DNA of 27,627 bases, taken from positions 744,001 to 771,627 of the forward strand of contig JASANG010003711.1 in assembly GCA_030248215.1 (NCBI GenBank). Direction: 5' to 3'. The notes under the pieces were generated by a model. It did no database searches. It saw only the letters and a list, made by a program, of their open reading frames with translations, and had not been told where the DNA came from. Below are positions 22,268 through 27,627 of this stretch, piece by piece; the stretch's first letter is position 1; every line of letters begins with the position of its first letter. The translations under genes were made by a program, and so were the position numbers. This DNA is from Enoplolaimus lenunculus (lineage: Eukaryota).

Positions 22268-22818
22268 TTCCGCAGCGCAACCAACCAACATGGCGATTCC
22301 GCAGCGCAACCAACCAACATGGCGATTCCGCAGCGCAACCAACCAACAAGGCGATTCCGCAGCGCAACCAACCAACATGGCGATTCCGCAGCGCAACCAA
22401 CCAACATGGCGATTCCGCAGCGCAACCAACCAACATGGCGATTCCGCAGCGCAACCAACCAACATGGCGATTCCGCAGCGCAACCAACCAACATGGCGAT
22501 TCCGCAGCGCAACCAACCAACATGGCGATTCCGCAGCGCAACCAACCAACAAGGCGATTCCGCAGCGCAACCAACCAACATGGCGATTCCGCAGCGCAAC
22601 CAACCAACATGGCGATTCCGCAGCGCAACCAACCAACAAGGCGATTCCGCAGCGCAACCAACCAACATGGCGATTCCGCAGCGCAACCAACCAACATGGC
22701 GATTCCGCAGCGCAACCAACCAACAAGGCGATTCCGCAGCGCAACCAACCAACAAGGCGATTCCGCAGCGCAACCAACCAACATGGCGATTCCGCAGCGC
22801 AACCAACCAACATGGCGA
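22268..22818. repeat. Minisatellite, 19 x 29 bp (TTCCGCAGCGCAACCAACCAACAWGGCGA)
   Basis: 551 bp = 19 head-to-tail units with a single variable position (T in 14 units, A in 5). No spacers. Confidence 0.98.
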
Positions 22819-23458
22819 TTAATGTTTAGCAGTTTTCTCCTAAAACAAACAAAAACACTAAAATTACGCTAAGTTAGTTTACACCACACTGTGGAATAAT
22901 TTGTAAAATTCAGGGATAAAAAACGGTTGTAAAGATTTCATAAAGTATAAACACTGTATAACGTGGTTATTATACTTGTACTGGATCAACTCTGCTTGCG
23001 AACAGGCAGCTGGAAGATAATTACACAAATCGCTTAAGCGTTATGTCAGCTGACAGAGATAACTTGAGGTAAAACAAATTTTTAAATTAAGTTACAGCAT
23101 TAATACTTCATTCAATTACCATTTTTATATATATTTCTGCTAGTTTCGCTGTATAACAAAGTCCATTTTCTACATTGTTTTTTGTTTTTGCAACCTTACA
23201 AATTATATATTGACCATATTTATACTGAAAACAAGCCATGATATGTACGAAATTCGTTTAAAAGTGTTACAAACTATCGAGACAAGTAATTTGATCTAAA
23301 AACCGTGAAAATCACTAGACATTAACAATATTATACACTGCAAAAAATTGTGAGTCAAATTGACTCTCTCCGAAATAGGCTTTTCCTGACTACACAAACT
23401 GACTCAACATTCGACTCCGACAGAGTCAAACTATTTGAAGATTTTAAAAATCAAAAAC

Positions 23459-26400
23459 CTCATCTGACGAGCTGTAATCTGGAGTGTCAAGTGCCAGCGC
23501 TTTCATTTGATTTTTCACCGAACACGTAATGCTGTACGTTTCACTGCCTTCATACAACTGTAATTTTTTTCAATTTAACAAACAGAACAACAAGGTTATT
23601 GTTTCAACCAAGTAAGCATAAGAGATAGGGCATACTGAAGATTATGGTAAACTTAACTAAAATATAGTAAAACTAATGGCCGATATACTACAGTTAAACG
23701 CTCGCCGGCGAATATAAAGTTTCGGTTTTAGCCTTTTGTTAAAAGGGTAAGGCTTGGATGCCCGACATGGATCTGTTAGTAAAACTTTCCCTGAGACGCT
23801 TCTGAAACCAGAGCCATAAACTCAAGCTTTACGGTTTATGTCTTAAATTTCCTTCGGCTTTGGGTTAAGGTTTGACAATAGTATGCTTCCCACGTAAAGG
23901 TCGACTCATAAAGTCACAACAAATTTTTTCACAATTTTACCGAATCAGAAAGTTACAAAATCACAAAACCACAATTTAGAAAAATAAACCAAATCAAAAC
24001 ATGTTTCTGGGAAATTACTTAGCTAAACTTTTCACTCTAAAACGATGTGTTAATCCGATTATAGTAATTATTTCGTTTGGCAGCGTTTATTACAATTACT
24101 CATATTGAAACCGTTACCTGCTTCCACAGTTTTTCGCTTGGTTTGTCCACAAAAATAAATTTCATACGATCCGAACGGCTTTTCTAAAAAGCAATGAAAA
24201 GAATTGCAATGAAAACTGCAACATAAATGCTGATTTTGTCCAAAACTTAAACAAAATGAAGAATGTAGCGATTATACATTTACAAAAAATGTGCGCATGC
24301 TTGAAATTATTGGGTCCACTGTTAGTAAAGCGTAACAAAGTACTACTATGAAAACTGTACCAAATTAAATAGCTTAATTTTTTGACAAATTCTGCATTTT
24401 CATACCAGGTTGCAAAACATTTTAAAACAAACTGTTAGCAGAAACACTAAATTTGCCTATTTGCCCACTGCTGAAGAAACCAACTAATGTTTTGAGCAAT
24501 ATCATCTTACAACGTTTAGCAAAGAGTAATTGCCGGTGTCACAGGTGCATTTTCCCCCCCGGAAAAATCCACCTAGGTGCATTTTTCCCATTGTAAAATT
24601 TCATCTAGTTGCATTTTCCCCAGAAAAATCCATCTAGGTGTAATACATGATATATTTACATGCTTTTATATATTGTTCTTTTTTCATGCTTTAGTTACAA
24701 AATCGTAATGGTCTTCATTCGAGTGATCTAATTAAGTAGTTTCGCATTCTTTTGGTTGTCTGTGAACAACTGTGGGGCATTAAGTGTAGCAAGGTTGTTC
24801 TAGTGTATGGCCCGGACCATGGTGGTTGCATTTTGATCCTTTTCGTGTCGTTCTTCGAGCGTTGTATAAAAGTACCTCATCCCCGGTGTTAAATAACCTT
24901 CTTTCCATGACGTTTGCGATCGTATGCGGATTTTTGTTTTGTTTGAACTACCTTAATTTTACTTGCAGCTTCTTGCTCAAGTTCATTTCGAAGCTTCATC
25001 AGCATAGCCATATCTTGCGTCTCAGCTGACCTATAAGGGTCTCTAAAATACATTAGCTTAAAAGGAGAGACTTTTGTATCAAGTCCACAACTTGTACAGT
25101 GTGCCTGCTGAATTATTGAACTTTAAGCTTCTTTTATATAATCATATTCAGTTGTCTGATGCGCACCAAATGCGATTTTATTGCATTGAATTGTAGCAAC
25201 TTTATAATATCTGGATGATAATGATATGTTGATTTTTCATTTAAACCCAAGTGCATTTCCCAGGTATGTATCAAGTTAGATTATTCCGGGGGAAAATGCA
25301 CCTAGATGGATTTTTCCGGGGGGAAAATTGCACCTAGGTGGATTTTTCCGGGGGGGAAATGGACGGGGGAAAAATGCACCTGTGACACCGGCTTTGTGCA
25401 ATGCGCGAAAGTTAGCGAACCCACAACAATCTGCGTGCAAATTTTCTTTCCACGCTGATAATTGTACATGTACTGTAAGAATAGCTTAAGGTATACTCGT
25501 GATTTCATCTGCAGTGCCGTCAGTTTTTCCTTTCTCAATAGCCTTAAACTGGAATTATAGAACAATGGTTCGCTTGATTTTAGTAATGTGAATTCAAGAG
25601 AGCAATTTTAAATTTAAAATCTCAAAAGTAATTTTATATAAATTATATTATTTAGCTGCAACTGCACTGATTTTTCAACCTGAGTGACAATGTCACGCAC
25701 ATATATCTAAATCATAGTAATGGTCTTGAACGGTATACGGTTAATTATATACAATTGTTCCACAGCATGGTAAATAGTCGCAACTGCTACCAAACTGTCA
25801 CAAATGATTTCTTAATGTTAGCAAAAGCATATAGTCGAGAGCAGGGTTAGAACCGGCCCGAGTGACTCTCTGTGACAACTCACAGTTGGTTGGTAAAATC
25901 AATCCATTCGCAAAATTGAAATTATTAAGTTTTATCACTTTATGTCTGAGGTCTCGCCCAGATCCGCCATTCTGTACACTAAACAGACGCATGCAAATCC
26001 TGGACACTGGTCATAAATTGCTTTCTTGCTATTCGGTTGGACGTTTTGCATCTGAACGTTTATATTTTTGTCTATATTTTCTCACGACAGATTGACATGT
26101 ATGGCAAGTACTTGATATGCAACCACAATACCGTTTGTTTGATGTTTTGTTTCGTGCTTCAAAAATATAAAATTTGCGGGCCCGGGCCCTAAAAACCCAA
26201 ACCGGTTGTAACCCTGGTCGAGAGTATGACACTTTTCCAATCATATGCTCAAGCGATGTAGCATTACTCGGTCTTAAAGTATCAGTACCCCTCCGTGATC
26301 GAGGAGAGAGGGATAATAGATACATTCTGAGCTGAGGATTCAGACGTTAAACCGGATCAGTAACCAATCGGCGACGCGCTTTAATAGAAATGGGTTCAGT

Positions 26401-27434
26401 TAATTCTAAGCTATACAACCTCCTCGGTCACAGTGAGGGTAAGATAAAATGGTACGCGTGATACTACATTGCGCTAGCTCGTGATTCGGGTCAAGTGCCA
26501 TACACTATACGCATAATACATATATTGTTGATGTTAGTAATAATTTGAGTGTTTTTATTTAAATGCGACGTTTAGCTAAGCATTTGGACTTACACTAATG
26601 CATGATACCAATTCAGGCAACATACTGTCGCAGTCTAAAAGTTCCAACCCACAAACAGCGTCAACGTTAGGTACAACCCAGTGTTCGTCATCAAAGCATT
26701 CCGTGTAAATGAAAAATACCTGCAAAAATTCATTGCCTATATATAAGTACACAAATATGTTGTAATAAAAATTCACTGTATACTCGTAAATAATTTATCT
26801 CATTTACCGGCTAGATACTACTTGAATCTGACAGAATATGATCTCGAGGAACGACCACTCGTGTTTCCTCAGCCTAGCCAATAGGTGAGCTCGTCTCTCC
26901 TCACCAGAGCCAATAGGTAAATCCGACTCTCCTCACCAGAGCCAATAGGTACACTCGGCTCTTCTCACCAGAGCCAATAGGCAAACTCGTCTCTCCTCAC
27001 CAGAGCCCATAGTTAAACCCGTCTCTCCTCACCAGAGCCAATAGGTACACTCGTCTCACCTCATCAGAGCCATTAGGTAACGAACTACTGTTATAGGGGC
27101 GGTAGAACAATATAACTGTTACAGGGATATAAACTAATTTGTCGTCCATCATTAGGCTTAGACTTCAAATATAATAAAAATTTCAGATTTGTAAAAATTG
27201 CAACAAAAACGAAATTTTCTTCGACAAAGTTTAGCAAATATGTAATATTTTCAAGCTTCAGGTCATTTGCTGCTCTTTTTAGACCGATCATGCCACACAA
27301 TTCTGTAGCTGCGACTGCACGCGTATAGTATCGGTTTGGTTTACCCTGATATCTTGCCGTGCAACAGCCATATTGAGAAATGCTGCATATTCATAACGAT
27401 CTCGGCACAAGCTCACAACTTCACAGTTGGTTGA
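23459..27434 (-). CDS. Putative second spliced gene (internal exons, unknown protein): exons 27345-27434, 26594-26719, 25939-26051, 25497-25548, 24118-24183, 23459-23557
   Basis: Six AG/GT-bounded segments join in compatible phases (junctions 0,0,2,0,0) into a stop-free 182-aa peptide: STNCEVVSLCRDRYEYAAFLNMAVARQDIR|VFFIYTECFDDEHWVVPNVDAVCGLELLDCDSMLPELVSCIS|MQNVQPNSKKAIYDQCPGFACVCLVYRMADLGETSDIN|LRLLRKEKLTALQMKSR|KSRSDRMKFIFVDKPSEKLWKQ|LYEGSETYSITCSVKNQMKALALDTPDYSSSDE. Some donors are weak (gtgata, gtatac, gttttt). No family recognised. Confidence 0.55.
24537..25387 (-). mobile_element. Internally deleted Ginger1-like DNA transposon (Gypsy-integrase-related)
   Basis: CCGG on both sides (24533-24536, 25388-25391). 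Termini TGTCACAGGTGCATTTT...AAAATGCACCTGTGACA extend into about 100-bp imperfect TIRs built from ~30-bp subrepeats. An internal frameshifted integrase C-terminal remnant has SPFKLMY and WSGPY motifs. Confidence 0.85.
24790..25110 (-). pseudogene. Degenerate Gypsy-type integrase/Ginger transposase C-terminal fragment (GPY/F module)
   Basis: Minus-strand translation DTKVSPFKLMYFRDPYRSAETQDMAMLMKLRNELEQEAASKIKVVQTKQKSAYDRKRHGKK / FNTGDEVLLYNARRTTRKGS / MQPPWSGPYT, with two single-base frameshifts. Confidence 0.8.
26858..27080. repeat. Tandem repeat, about 7 x 32 bp (CTCGTCTCTCCTCACCAGAGCCAATAGGTAMA-like)
   Basis: CCAATAGG or a variant recurs at 26878, 26910, 26942, 26974, 27006, 27038 and 27070 (exact 32-bp period). 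Confidence 0.92.
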
Positions 27435-27627
27435 CTGAAACAAATATACAGTTTATTGTGAAAATCTATCAAAATATTTTATAGCATACAATCGACATAA
27501 TGAACAAATAATGAAAACAATATCAACTTGCTGGAACAACAAAAAAAGAAGTGCTAAATAGACGACCCTTTTAAAAATTTTGTAGCCGGTTTTGGTGAAA
27601 CTCAATCTGATCAATCAAAGTTTCGCG

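Noticed and set aside
22268..22818. CRISPR array (29-bp repeats)
   Set aside because: Units are directly head-to-tail with no unique spacers, there are no cas genes, and the context is an intron-rich eukaryotic locus.
22176..22872. Six overlapping 167-208-aa ORFs
   Set aside because: Artefact of a stop-free 29-bp unit; all frames give the same permuted repeat peptide.
23335..23432. CACTA/Transib-like end (CACTGCAAAAAA plus GAGTCAA repeats)
   Set aside because: No matching opposite terminus or TSD found; too little to call.
24537..25387. Gypsy LTR retrotransposon or solo LTR
   Set aside because: The ends are long inverted, not direct, repeats with a CCGG duplication, and no RT/RNase H remnant is seen; this fits Ginger1 better.
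27040..27080. Hammerhead ribozyme core (minus-strand CTGATGA in the 32-bp repeat)
   Set aside because: The required GAAA is absent (GAGT), and the other units read CTGGTGA.

Overview
AT-rich eukaryotic (animal) genomic DNA, not prokaryotic; an invertebrate chordate such as an ascidian is my guess from composition and gene style, not something the sequence proves. About 1.07-18.0 kb on the minus strand holds the 5' half of a clade A-type fibrillar collagen gene, reconstructed by hand as 28 GT-AG coding exons: a signal-peptide exon, a 17-nt microexon, three short non-helical exons and 23 phase-0 Gly-X-Y exons of 45/54/99/108 nt (495 aa, 165 uninterrupted triplets). The gene runs off the left edge of the window. 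Its N-propeptide is very short, has no VWC/TSPN module or minor helix, and carries tandem furin-type motifs (RSKRLRR). At 23.4-27.4 kb, six phase-compatible minus-strand exons suggest a second, unidentified gene. One of its introns carries an internally deleted Ginger1-like DNA transposon (CCGG target duplication, TGT...ACA TIRs, Gypsy-type integrase GPY/F remnant). Introns and the intergenic region hold several MITE families (8-bp-TSD GG-ended elements with CCTAAG-like cores, hAT-like elements, foldbacks), a 19 x 29-bp minisatellite (not CRISPR) and a 7 x 32-bp CCAAT-containing repeat. Almost all ORFs in the supplied track are spurious.
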